DNA from: Polyangiales bacterium
GTDB lineage: Bacteria > Myxococcota_A > Polyangia > Polyangiales > Ga0077539
Direction of reading: 5' to 3'
NCBI GenBank assembly: GCA_044229975.1
Contig: JBGARZ010000001.1
Coordinates: 704,001-768,000 of the forward strand
DNA: 64,000 nt
Shown piece by piece: positions 1 to 10,785 of the stretch. The notes beneath the pieces are model-generated. The model did not search any database, had not been told where the DNA came from, and was given only the letters and a program-made list of their open reading frames with translations. The position numbers were made by a program, and so were the translations under genes. The stretch's first letter is position 1. Every line of letters begins with the position of its first letter.

Positions 1-1
1 C

Positions 2-493
2 GCGCGCCTCAACCGCGAGCTGATGATGCGCGCGGCGGTGGCGGCGGTGCGGAAGACGGGGCTGGTGCCGGCGTTCGAGGCGTCGTTGGAGGCGGTGAAC
101 TGTCACCACAACTACGTGAGCCGCGAGCACCACTACGGGCGCAACGTGTGGGTGACCCGCAAGGGCGCCGTGCGGGCGCGCGAGGGTGAGCTCGGGATCA
201 TCCCGGGGAGCATGGGCGCGCGGTCGTTCATCGTGCGCGGGAAGGGAAACGCGGAGAGTTTCTGCTCGTGCAGCCACGGGGCTGGGCGGGCGATGACTCG
301 GACGAAGGCGCGCAAGGTGTTCACGCTCGACGACCACGCGAAGGCGACCGCGGGCGTGGAGTGCCGCAAGGACGCCGACGTGATCGACGAGACGCCCGGC
401 GCCTACAAGGACATCGAGGCGGTGATGCACGCGCAGCGCGACCTCGTCGACGTGGTGTACACGTTGCGCCAGGTGGTCTGCGTGAAGGGGTAG
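2..493 (+). CDS. rtcB: RNA ligase RtcB, C-terminal part (5' truncated by window edge)
   Basis: Motifs HHNY, RKGA, IPGSMG, SCSHGAGR, DETPGAYK, terminal VKG; directly upstream of rtcA. Confidence 0.95.
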   Translation, partial: ARLNRELMMRAAVAAVRKTGLVPAFEASLEAVNCHHNYVSREHHYGRNVWVTRKGAVRAREGELGIIPGSMGARSFIVRGKGNAESFCSCSHGAGRAMTRTKARKVFTLDDHAKATAGVECRKDADVIDETPGAYKDIEAVMHAQRDLVDVVYTLRQVVCVKG

Positions 494-499
494 AGGGCC

Positions 500-1537
500 A
501 TGAACGACTGGATCACGGTGGACGGGTCGGAGGGTGAGGGCGGCGGGCAGATGCTGCGCTCGTCGCTCTCGCTCTCGCTCGTCACGGGCAAAGCCTTCCG
601 CATGGTGCGGGTGCGCGCGGGTCGGCAGAAGCCGGGGCTGCTTCGGCAGCACCTGACCTGCCTGCGCGCGGCGGCAGAGGTGAGCGGCGCGACCATCGAA
701 GGGGCCGAGCTCGGCTCGCAGTCGGTGAGCTTCGCGCCGGGCCCGGTGCGCGGCGGCGACTACGCGTTTCGCATCGGGTCGGCGGGCAGCACCATGCTGG
801 TGATGCAGACGGTGTTGCCCGCGCTGCTGCGCGGGGTGGCGCCGTCGACGCTGCTCTTCGAGGGCGGGACGCACAACACCATGGCGCCGTCGTTCGACTT
901 CATCGAGCGGGTGTTCGTCCCGGCGGTCAACCGCATGGGGCCGACGGTGACGTGCGCGCTGGCGCGGGCGGGTTTCTACCCGGCGGGGGGTGGGCGAGCG
1001 ACGGTGACGGTGACGCCGTCGGCGTCGCTGGCGCGCATCGAGCTGATGGAGCGCGGCGCGGTGGTGTCCCAGCGCGTGGTGGCGCGCGTCGCGGGCCTGG
1101 GCGACGGCATCGCGCGGCGCGAGGTGCTGGCGGCGGGCGAGGTGCTCGGCTGGGGCGAGGAGTGCCTGCGGGCGGAAGCGCTTCCGAGGGAGTGGGGGCC
1201 GGGCAACGTGGTGCTGGTGGAGGTGGTCTGCGAGCGCGGGACGGAGGTGTTCATGGCGTGCGGCGAGAAGGGTCGCAGCGCCGAGAGCGTGGGCGCCGCC
1301 GTGGCAAAGGAGGCGAAGGCGTGGCTCGACGCCGGGGTGCCCGTAGACGAACACCTCGCGGACCAGTTGTTGTTGCCGATGGCGCTGGCCGGCGGCGGGC
1401 GCTTCATGACGACGGAGCCGTCGCTGCACACGACGACCAACGCGAAGATCATCGAGCGCTTTCTGCCGGTGACGGTCACCATGGAGGCGCGCGGCGAGCG
1501 GGCGTGGGAGGTCCGCGTCGAGGGGCCGCGGGGGTGA
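500..1537 (+). CDS. rtcA: RNA 3'-terminal phosphate cyclase
   Basis: DGSEGEGGGQMLR, GLLRQH, GFYPAGGG, DEHLADQL motifs. Confidence 0.95.
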   Translation: MNDWITVDGSEGEGGGQMLRSSLSLSLVTGKAFRMVRVRAGRQKPGLLRQHLTCLRAAAEVSGATIEGAELGSQSVSFAPGPVRGGDYAFRIGSAGSTMLVMQTVLPALLRGVAPSTLLFEGGTHNTMAPSFDFIERVFVPAVNRMGPTVTCALARAGFYPAGGGRATVTVTPSASLARIELMERGAVVSQRVVARVAGLGDGIARREVLAAGEVLGWGEECLRAEALPREWGPGNVVLVEVVCERGTEVFMACGEKGRSAESVGAAVAKEAKAWLDAGVPVDEHLADQLLLPMALAGGGRFMTTEPSLHTTTNAKIIERFLPVTVTMEARGERAWEVRVEGPRG

Positions 1538-1633
1538 TCTTCGTGGCGCGGCGCCTCACGCCGACCCGGCAGGTCAGCCGCCGCGATACAGTCTCCTTCA
1601 ACCCGTTACCCCGTTGAAGGAGACTCCCCACCC

Positions 1634-2560
1634 ATGGCCCGCATCCGCACGCCCCTCGCCGAGCGCCTCGGCCTCCGCTACCCCATCGTCTGCGCGCCGA
1701 TGTTCATCATCTCCAACAAGGAGATGATCGTCGCCGCGGCCGAGGCCGGCATCCTCGGCTCGATGCCGTCCATCAACCTCCGCTCCCACGAGGAGTTTCG
1801 CGCGGCCCTCGCCTGGATCCGGCAGCGCACCGACCGGCCCTTCGCCATCAACCTCACCATCAAGCTCACCGACCCCGAGCGCCTCGAACGCGACTTCGCG
1901 GCCTGCATGGAGTTCAAGGTCCCCGCGATCATCACGAGCTACGGCAACCCCACCGAGCTCGCCCGCCGCGCCCACGACCAGGGCGCCGTCGTGCTCCATG
2001 ACGTCATCCATCTGAAGCACGCGCTCAAGGCCCAGGAGGCCGGCGCCGACGCCATCATCGGCGTCGCCGCGGGCGCCGGTGGACACGCGGGCACCACGAG
2101 TCCGTACGTTCTCTTCCCCTACCTCCGCGAAAACCTCCGCGTGCCCGTCGTCGCCGCGGGGTGCATCGCCACGGGCCGCCAGCTCGCCGCCTCCCTCAGC
2201 CTCGGCGCCGAGCTCGCGTACATGGGAACGCGCTTCATCGCCTCGACCGAATGCGGCGCCGACGAGCGGTACAAGGCAATGACCATCAACGGCGCGCCCG
2301 ACGACGTCGAGTACACCGACGGCGTCAGCGGGGTGCACGCCAACTTCCTCCGCAGCACCCTCCCCGGCGGCGCCGCGTCCAGCCGCGCCGAGGCCCAGAG
2401 CGCCGCGCAGAAGGACGGCGGCAAGAAGTGGAAGGACATCTGGAGCGCCGGACAGGGCGTCGCCCTCGCGCGCGAGATCAAGCCCATCGGGGCGATCGTC
2501 GAGGACATCGTCCGCGAGTATCACGACACCATCCGCGCGCTCCCCGCCGTCGAGGACTGA
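1634..2560 (+). CDS. Nitronate monooxygenase / FabK-like flavoprotein
   Basis: PIVCAPM, GAGGHAG, AAGCI, AYMGTRF, WSAGQG motifs. Confidence 0.85.
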   Translation: MARIRTPLAERLGLRYPIVCAPMFIISNKEMIVAAAEAGILGSMPSINLRSHEEFRAALAWIRQRTDRPFAINLTIKLTDPERLERDFAACMEFKVPAIITSYGNPTELARRAHDQGAVVLHDVIHLKHALKAQEAGADAIIGVAAGAGGHAGTTSPYVLFPYLRENLRVPVVAAGCIATGRQLAASLSLGAELAYMGTRFIASTECGADERYKAMTINGAPDDVEYTDGVSGVHANFLRSTLPGGAASSRAEAQSAAQKDGGKKWKDIWSAGQGVALAREIKPIGAIVEDIVREYHDTIRALPAVED

Positions 2561-2602
2561 CCACTACCCGTCCCACCACCCGAGCTCCATACGAGGCACG
2601 CG

Positions 2603-2905
2603 ATGCCGACCCCGAAGCACCCCATGGGCGAACGCCCGAGCATGTTCGACCGTCGACCCGGGTTCCGACAGAGCGTCGAGCTGGTGCGTCGCACCATGCT
2701 CCCGCCGAAGACCGAGTCGCGCTGGAAGCGCATGGTCCTCGCGGTCGGTGGCATCAGCGGCCTGGGGGTTCTCGCGTACGTCATCACCGAGAGCATCGGG
2801 TGGGCGCTGCTGCTGCTGGTCGTCGGCATCCCGGTGGTGGTGCTGCCGACGATCCTCATCGTCGGGATGATCCTCGAAGCCCGCGAAGAGGCCGCCTCCC
2901 GATAG
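2603..2905 (+). CDS. Small membrane protein, unknown function
   Basis: 100 aa, two hydrophobic segments, lies just upstream of the sensor kinase. Confidence 0.6.
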   Translation: MPTPKHPMGERPSMFDRRPGFRQSVELVRRTMLPPKTESRWKRMVLAVGGISGLGVLAYVITESIGWALLLLVVGIPVVVLPTILIVGMILEAREEAASR

Positions 2906-2936
2906 CGGCCATCGTCGGCGTATCCTCCGCGCCGCG

Positions 2937-3824
2937 GTGCCGCTCCCTCCCCCTCGCCCGTCGCGCCTCAAGCTCCTCCCCGAAGCCGCCCTGGTCGCGA
3001 CCTTCCTCGGCATGGCCGCCTATGAGGCCGCCGAGGTGTTCTTCCTCGAAGCGCCCACCGGGTCGGCGGTGTCGCTCACCATCGTGCTGCACTCGTTGCA
3101 GGTGCTCGCCATCCTCGCGGGCGCCGCGGGGCTGCTGCGCGCGCTGCGACAGCGGGCCGCCCACGAAGAAGCGCTCGCCCGCATGGTGGAGAAGGTTCTC
3201 TTCGCGCAGGAACAGGAACGCCGCCGCGTCGCCTACGAGCTGCACGACGCCGTCTCGCCGCTCATCGTGAGCGCCAAGCAGCACGCCGAGACCTGCCGCG
3301 ACGCGTGGTCGGATGACGACACCCGCGCGCGGTCCGAGCTCACCCGCGGCATCGACCGGCTCCAACAGGCGATCGTCGAGACCCGGCGCATGCTCCGCGC
3401 GCTGCGCCCCTCGGACGTCGACGCCGACGGGCTCGCCGTCGCGGTGCGCCGCTGCCTCGACGAGTCCGCCGAAGAGTCCGGTTGGACTGTCGCCTTCGAG
3501 CACGACCTCACCGACGACCGGCTCCCTGCAGCCGTCGAGATGGCGGCGTTTCGCATCGCGCAGGAGGCCGTTCGCAACGCCGCGAGGCACGCCCGCGCCG
3601 AGCGCGTCGAGGTGCGGCTCCGACGCGACGGAGACGCCTTGCGAGTGCGGGTGCACGACGACGGCGTGGGCTTCGCGGCGGGCGACACCCCCTCGCGCGG
3701 ACTCGGACTGGTGAGCATGCGCGAGCGGGCGAGCCTCCTCGGCGGGCAGTGCGTGGTGGAGAGCGGGCGGGGCCGCGGGACGACGGTGGACGTCTCGCTG
3801 CCGTTGCGTGCGGAGCAAGCGTGA
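2937..3824 (+). CDS. Sensor histidine kinase (HisKA_3 / NarX-LiaS type)
   Basis: ERRRVAYELHD H-box, FRIAQEAVRNAARHA N-box, HDDGVGF and GLGLVSMRERA G-boxes; two N-terminal TM helices. Confidence 0.92.
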   Translation: MPLPPPRPSRLKLLPEAALVATFLGMAAYEAAEVFFLEAPTGSAVSLTIVLHSLQVLAILAGAAGLLRALRQRAAHEEALARMVEKVLFAQEQERRRVAYELHDAVSPLIVSAKQHAETCRDAWSDDDTRARSELTRGIDRLQQAIVETRRMLRALRPSDVDADGLAVAVRRCLDESAEESGWTVAFEHDLTDDRLPAAVEMAAFRIAQEAVRNAARHARAERVEVRLRRDGDALRVRVHDDGVGFAAGDTPSRGLGLVSMRERASLLGGQCVVESGRGRGTTVDVSLPLRAEQA

Positions 3825-3886
3825 CCGCTTCACCCGGCTACGGACCGGGGTTGGTCGCGTCCCGCGCCTGCACCGCCGGGCAAGCG

Positions 3887-5811
3887 ATCGGCATAGGGGC
3901 GGCCCCTCCGTGAGGAGGAGCCGACCCCTGCCACACCACCGGACAAGCGGGTCCGCATCCGGCGGTTCGGACGGTTGAGGTCACCTCCGTAGCCTCCACA
4001 ACCCGAGGCTGTCGAACCAACTGGGTCGGAGCGTGAAGCCCAGGCGGAGCGCGCGGCGCCACCAGCCACCGGCCGAGGCCACCGACTTCCAGCTTGCTTC
4101 GTCCCCTTGTCCAAGGGCGCGCAGCGACTGGTAGATCGTGATGCCTCGCTTCCAGTGCTTCAGTTGCACCATCCGAAGGCGACGGCGAATCCACTCGTCC
4201 AGCCCCTCGAAGAGCTTCGTCTGCTGCGTGAGGCGGTAGTACGCCCACCACCCACGCAGGTACCGATTCAGCCTCTCGATCAGTTGCACCAGACTGCGAC
4301 CCGCCGTCCGGCTCGTGAGCTCCCGCACACGCGCCTTGAACGCCTCTTGCGACTTCGCCGACACCCCTCGCTTCACTTCTCCGCCGTGCGCGTAGAACTG
4401 AAAGCCCAGGAACTTCCGTCCCTTGACCGGCGCCACCGCGCTCTTGGACTCGTTGACCCGGAGGTGCAGCGACGCGAAGCGCTCCCGCAGGAATGCCATC
4501 ACTCGCTCGCCCGCCCGCTCCGACCTCACGTACACGTTGAGGTCGTCGGCGTAGCGCACGAACGCGTGACCGCGCTGCTCCAACTCCTTGTCCACTTCGT
4601 CCAGAAGCACGTTCGCCAGCAGTGGTGACAGCGGGCCGCCTTGCGGCGTTCCCTCCGTCCGCGCCGTCGCGATCCCGTCGGCCATCATCCCGGCCTCCAG
4701 GTAGCGACGGATGAGCCTCAGCAGGCGCTTGTCCTCGATGCGTTTGGCCAACCGGCCCATCAGCACGTCGTGGTTCACGCGGTCGAAGAACGCTTCGAGG
4801 TCCACGTCCACCACCACCCCGCGCCCCTCCTGGACGTAGCGCTGTGCGACGACAATCGCGTCGTGCGCGCTGCGCCCCGGGCGGAACCCGTAGCTGTGCT
4901 GTGAGAAGGTCGGATCGAATCGAGGCTGAAGCACCTGGAGGATCGCCTGTTGGAGGAGACGATCCAGGGCCGTCGGGATGCCGAGAGTCCTCGTGCCGCC
5001 CGACGCCTTGGGGATCTCGCACGATCTCACCGGCTGCGGTTGGTAGCGCCCCGCGAGGAGGTCCTCGCGCAGACGCGGCCAGTGCACACGCAGGTGGGCC
5101 GCGAGATCCTTCGTCTCCATCCCGTCCACTCCGGGGCTGCCCCGGTTGCTCTGCACCCGCTGGAGCGCCCGCAAGAGGTTGTCCCTTCCGAGGACCGCCT
5201 CCAGCAAGGCGCTGGTGCCCGAGTGCTCGTCTCCTTTCGTCGCCGTGGGGTCTTCCTCGCGGGGCTGCGCGTTGAGGGCTTCACCCTCGTCGCGCCTCCC
5301 TCGCCCCGGTGGTGTCCCGGGCATCTGAGGCGGTTCCCTTTTGAGACTCATGGTCGATGCACCCTCCCTTCCGTTTGGTCCTTTGCGCGGCCGTCGGCCC
5401 TTCGTCGTGGCGTTCCCCGTCGTGTCTCCGACGTCGTTGGCGACGTCGGCGCGGGAGCCCAGGTTTTCGGACGCGCTACTACGACCTCTGCTGACTTCCT
5501 GCGCCGCACGTTGGTGTGTGTCGCCCTTTCAGGCGTGAAGCAGGATCTCCCCGGGTAAGAAACGCTGGCTTTCACGGCGCAACCGCCCGATCTACCGCAC
5601 GGTCTCTTGGTCATTGGAGCTTCGCGGCTCCTTGCCCGCTCGCCCCAGACCGCACGGCCTCACATCGGCTTTCTGTCCGTCGGCTCGCCGTTTCGCGTCG
5701 GGCTTCCTTCAGACAGTCCGTTGCCTCGCTGCCCTTGCCTCTCGCGTGGATCGTCATGACCTACTTTCCCGGGGACTTGCACCCCGAAGCCAACGCCCAT
5801 GCCGGGCGCAC
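3887..5811 (-). mobile_element. Group IIC intron (~1925 nt ribozyme with RT ORF in domain IV)
   Basis: 5' end GTGCGCCCGGCATGGG; TTCTTACCCGGGGAG at the domain I end; short domain V ACCGCCGGATGCGGACCCGCTTGTCCGGTGGT (3935-3966) with CGC triad; domain VI ending CCCTATGCCGAT. Confidence 0.93.
3981..5351 (-). CDS. ltrA: Group II intron reverse transcriptase/maturase, no endonuclease domain
   Basis: SPGVDG, RTLGIPT, SYGFRPGRS, DLEAFFDRVNH, GTPQGGPLSPLLAN, RYADD, LNRYLRGW; ends without an HNH domain. Confidence 0.96.
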   Translation of the reverse strand: MSLKREPPQMPGTPPGRGRRDEGEALNAQPREEDPTATKGDEHSGTSALLEAVLGRDNLLRALQRVQSNRGSPGVDGMETKDLAAHLRVHWPRLREDLLAGRYQPQPVRSCEIPKASGGTRTLGIPTALDRLLQQAILQVLQPRFDPTFSQHSYGFRPGRSAHDAIVVAQRYVQEGRGVVVDVDLEAFFDRVNHDVLMGRLAKRIEDKRLLRLIRRYLEAGMMADGIATARTEGTPQGGPLSPLLANVLLDEVDKELEQRGHAFVRYADDLNVYVRSERAGERVMAFLRERFASLHLRVNESKSAVAPVKGRKFLGFQFYAHGGEVKRGVSAKSQEAFKARVRELTSRTAGRSLVQLIERLNRYLRGWWAYYRLTQQTKLFEGLDEWIRRRLRMVQLKHWKRGITIYQSLRALGQGDEASWKSVASAGGWWRRALRLGFTLRPSWFDSLGLWRLRR

Positions 5812-6017
5812 AAAGCAGGCGCCCCTCCGGGGCTTCCGGAAGCCATCGACCGCACGATGGGTTCTTGTTGAGTGCCTGGAATGCACTTCGTGACGCTCGT
5901 GGCGACCTTCCGAAAGCCCCGCTGGGGCGCTTGCTTTCGCTTGCCCGGGGTGCAGGCGCGAGGCGCGACCAACCCCGGTCCGAAGGCAGGCCGAGCGAAC
6001 CGGAGAGACGAGCCGTG

Positions 6018-6614
6018 ATGCGCGTGTTGCTGGTCGACGACCACCCCGTGGTCCGCGAGGGCCTTCGCAGCATGCTGGTGAGCGACGGCGTCGAGGTCGT
6101 CGCCGAGGCCGCGACCGGCGCCGACGCGGTGTCCCTCGCGCGGCAGCACGCGCCCGACGTGGTGCTGCTCGACATGCAGCTCCCGGACATGGAGGGCGTC
6201 GCGGCGCTGCGGCAGATGAAGCAGACCGGTGTGCGCAGCGCGGTGCTCGTCCTGAGCATGCACGACGACCCCGCGATGGTGCGCCGCGCGATGGACGCGG
6301 GCGCCTCTGGCTACCTCCTGAAAGGAACCAACCGCGGCGATCTCCTCGCCGCGATGCGGGCCGTGTGCGAGGGAGCGACGGTCATCGACCCGACCCTCCA
6401 GGCGGCGCTCGCACCGACCGACGACGCGCTCACCGCGGTCGAGCGCGAGGTGCTCCGACTGCTCGCCGAGGGGCTCACCAACCGCGAGATCGCCGAGCAG
6501 CGGAAGTGGAGCATCGCGACGGCGAAGAAGTACGTGCAGCGCGTGCTGGAGAAGCTCGGCGCCACCGACCGCACGCAGGCCGTGGCCGTCGCGATACGAC
6601 GCGGGCTCGCGTAG
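6018..6614 (+). CDS. NarL/LuxR-family response regulator
   Basis: MRVLLVDDHPVVREG, DVVLLD, GYLLK, LTAVEREVLRLLAEGLTNREIA HTH. Confidence 0.93.
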   Translation: MRVLLVDDHPVVREGLRSMLVSDGVEVVAEAATGADAVSLARQHAPDVVLLDMQLPDMEGVAALRQMKQTGVRSAVLVLSMHDDPAMVRRAMDAGASGYLLKGTNRGDLLAAMRAVCEGATVIDPTLQAALAPTDDALTAVEREVLRLLAEGLTNREIAEQRKWSIATAKKYVQRVLEKLGATDRTQAVAVAIRRGLA

Positions 6615-6765
6615 TCGACCCGTCGGCCTGAGCCGACGAACGCGCGCGGCATCGACGTCCGCGCCGCGGACTCTTCCCCATCAGGCTCGACAATGGGAGG
6701 TCGAGGGACAAGGTGCGTGTACGGTCGCGGGGGCCACACGCCAGAGAGGAGGATCGACAACACCG

Positions 6766-8790
<2,025 letters not shown>

Positions 8791-8925
8791 CGGGGGTGAA
8801 TGTTTCAAAGGCCCGCTTGGAGGCGAAGCGGTCTACCCCCGCAGTTCGAGACGAGGGCCGTCGGCGGCCTGAGCCGGACCCCGAGCGTGAGCGAGGAGGG
8901 CACAACCTCGGGTTGCACACCGGCA

Positions 8926-9138
8926 CATCGATTGGAGAGACCCCTACCCCTCTTCGATCGATGGGTTGCATCGGTTGGAGAGACCCCCACCCCTCTTCGA
9001 TCGATGGGTTGCATCGGTTGGAGAGACCCCCACCCCTCTATTGCCGACACCGCGCATCGTGCGAAGAGACCCCTACCCCTCTCCCATCGATGCGTCGTTT
9101 CGGTTGGAGCGACCCCTCCTCTCTGCCAACACGATCCC
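8926..9138. repeat. Five 43-bp tandem repeats
   Basis: Core AGAGACCCC recurs at 8936, 8979, 9022, 9065 and 9108; unit approximately GCATCGGTTGGAGAGACCCCCACCCCTCTTCGATCGATGGGTT; the last copies are degenerate. Confidence 0.85.
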
Positions 9139-9378
9139 GTCGACCGGCGGCGTCGCGGTCGCGTCCCTCCGGGCAGGTTCGTCGACCGCGGGCGTCGCGG
9201 GCGCTCCCCGCCGGGTAAGGTCGTCGACCGCGGGCGTCGCGGGCGCTCCCGCCGGGTAAGATGCCGACCGTCGGCCGCGCGGTCGCTTCCCTTCGACCCT
9301 AAAGCGAGGTCGAACTAACGCCCGCGGTCGACGACCTTACCCGGAGGGACGCGACCGCGACGCCCGCAGTCGACGACC
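9139..9378. repeat. 42-bp tandem repeats followed by inverted copies
   Basis: GTCGACCG at 9139, 9181 and 9223; 9319-9378 is the reverse complement of about 1.5 units. Confidence 0.8.
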
Positions 9379-9424
9379 TCCAGCGCTTCCCCTCGCCTGG
9401 ACGAGCGGCAGCGCGAAGCACCCA

Positions 9425-9742
9425 ACCCTCTACGACTGGGTCGCGGCCTACCTCGACGCGGGCGCCCACCTCGACGAGCTCCTCGCGGCCCGCGCCGACG
9501 CCGCGCCCGGATCACGCGCCGACGCCGGTGCCCTGCGCGCCGCCACGCTCGGGCTCATCGGGCGCTTCCGCGCCGGGCTTGCCGACGAGCTGACGGCCAA
9601 CCCGAAGCTGCCGCGCGACCTCGACACGAAGGTCTTCGCCTACCTCGATCTGCTGACCGACCTGCGCGCGAAGGGCAGCACCGACGAGGCCCCCGCCCCG
9701 CCCGCCGATCCGACGCCCGCCGACCCGACGCCGCCCGCCTGA
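9425..9742 (+). pseudogene. Start-less 3' remnant of a hypothetical gene
   Basis: Strongly codon-biased frame TLYDWVAAYLDAGAHLDELL...KVFAYLDLLTDLRAKG...PPA*; no ATG/GTG/TTG between the in-frame stop at 9257 and this region. Confidence 0.6.
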
Positions 9743-9859
9743 CGCTCCATCCCCTGGACGAGCCTGCCACCGCTGGACGTCGGCGGCGATCCGTGGCGCG
9801 CTCGTGTGGGCAGTTCGGTCTCACCATCCATCGCAGACGACGCGGCGGTACCATCGCTC

Positions 9860-10771
9860 ATGGCGAAGAAAGCCCCCGCACCGCCCGCACCGCACCGCGT
9901 GATCGGCCGCCACCGCACCGGCGTCGACGGAGTCTCCTTCGCCGACGCGCTGCGCGTGCTCAGCACCGCCATGGAAGAGCCGCAGGTCGCGCTCTGGGAC
10001 GTCACCGCGGAGGCCGTCGCGCTCGGCCGAGTCGGCACCGGCGACGGCTGCGTCTGCTGGTACGCCGCGATGGCGCCCGACGGCCGCACCGTCGCCGCGG
10101 GCTTTGGCGACCTCACGCTCCGGCTATGGGACGTCGACTCCAGCAAGGTCCGCACGCTCGCCACGCCGGGTGGCATCGTGGCGTCGCTCGCGTGGTCGGC
10201 GGACTCGTCGCGGTTGTTCACCGGCAACTGCGGCGACAACACCGTGCGCCTGTGGGACGCCGCGACCGGCGCCGTCGTCGCGGAGGGCAAGACGAAGAAG
10301 AGCGCGACGTGGTTCGTGGCGATGACCCGCGACGCGCACCGCGGCTTCTCGGGCGCTGGTGACAAGCTCGTGCACGTGTGGGAGCCCGCGACGGGGCGCG
10401 AGGTCGGGGCGCTCTCGGGTCACACGGGGAAGATCCTCGGGCTCGCGGTCTCCCACGACGGCAAGCGGCTCGCCTCGGCCTCGCAGGACCGCACCGCGCG
10501 CGTCTGGGACATCGAGACCAGCACGCTTATCGCCTCGCTCGAAGGTCACGACAAGCAGGTCACCGGCGTCGCGATGTCACCCGACGGTGCGCGCGTCGCG
10601 ACGGCCTCGACCGACGCCACCCTCCGTCTCTGGAACGCCGCCACCGGCACCGAAGAGCGTCGCCTCTCGCTGGGTGCAACGACCGCATCGTCCGTGGCGT
10701 ACGCGCCCGATGGCGGGTCGATCGTCGCGGGCTGCGCCGACGGCACGGTGCGGCTGTTCGCGCTCGACTGA
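9860..10771 (+). CDS. WD40-repeat protein
   Basis: Multiple GH...S.DG..LAS.S.D.T.RLWD repeats. Confidence 0.9.
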   Translation: MAKKAPAPPAPHRVIGRHRTGVDGVSFADALRVLSTAMEEPQVALWDVTAEAVALGRVGTGDGCVCWYAAMAPDGRTVAAGFGDLTLRLWDVDSSKVRTLATPGGIVASLAWSADSSRLFTGNCGDNTVRLWDAATGAVVAEGKTKKSATWFVAMTRDAHRGFSGAGDKLVHVWEPATGREVGALSGHTGKILGLAVSHDGKRLASASQDRTARVWDIETSTLIASLEGHDKQVTGVAMSPDGARVATASTDATLRLWNAATGTEERRLSLGATTASSVAYAPDGGSIVAGCADGTVRLFALD

Positions 10772-10785
10772 GCCGCCACGCTCGC

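Larger units (their letters stand above)
3841..5982. repeat. Palindromic (REPIN/MITE-like) element, family A copy 1, interrupted by the intron
   Basis: Ends cggaccggggttggtcgcg / cgcgaccaaccccggtccg are exact reverse complements. After intron removal the left arm (3841-3886 + 5812-5842) pairs with the right arm (5907-5982) around a ~64-bp spacer. Confidence 0.85.

Noticed and set aside
2..1537. Functional link between rtcBA and the nearby intron
   Set aside because: rtcBA is a common operon and is separated from the intron by unrelated genes; proximity is the only evidence
3981..5351. Retron, DGR or defence-associated RT
   Set aside because: The RT sits within clear group II 5', domain V and domain VI sequences and has a maturase domain
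3841..5982. Integron attC site (IIC-attC intron)
   Set aside because: No RYYYAAC/GTTRRRY core boxes at the ends, no cassette array or integrase, and the insertion sequence is CTTT|C
8926..9138. CRISPR array
   Set aside because: Units are contiguous tandem copies with no unique spacers, and no cas genes are present in the window
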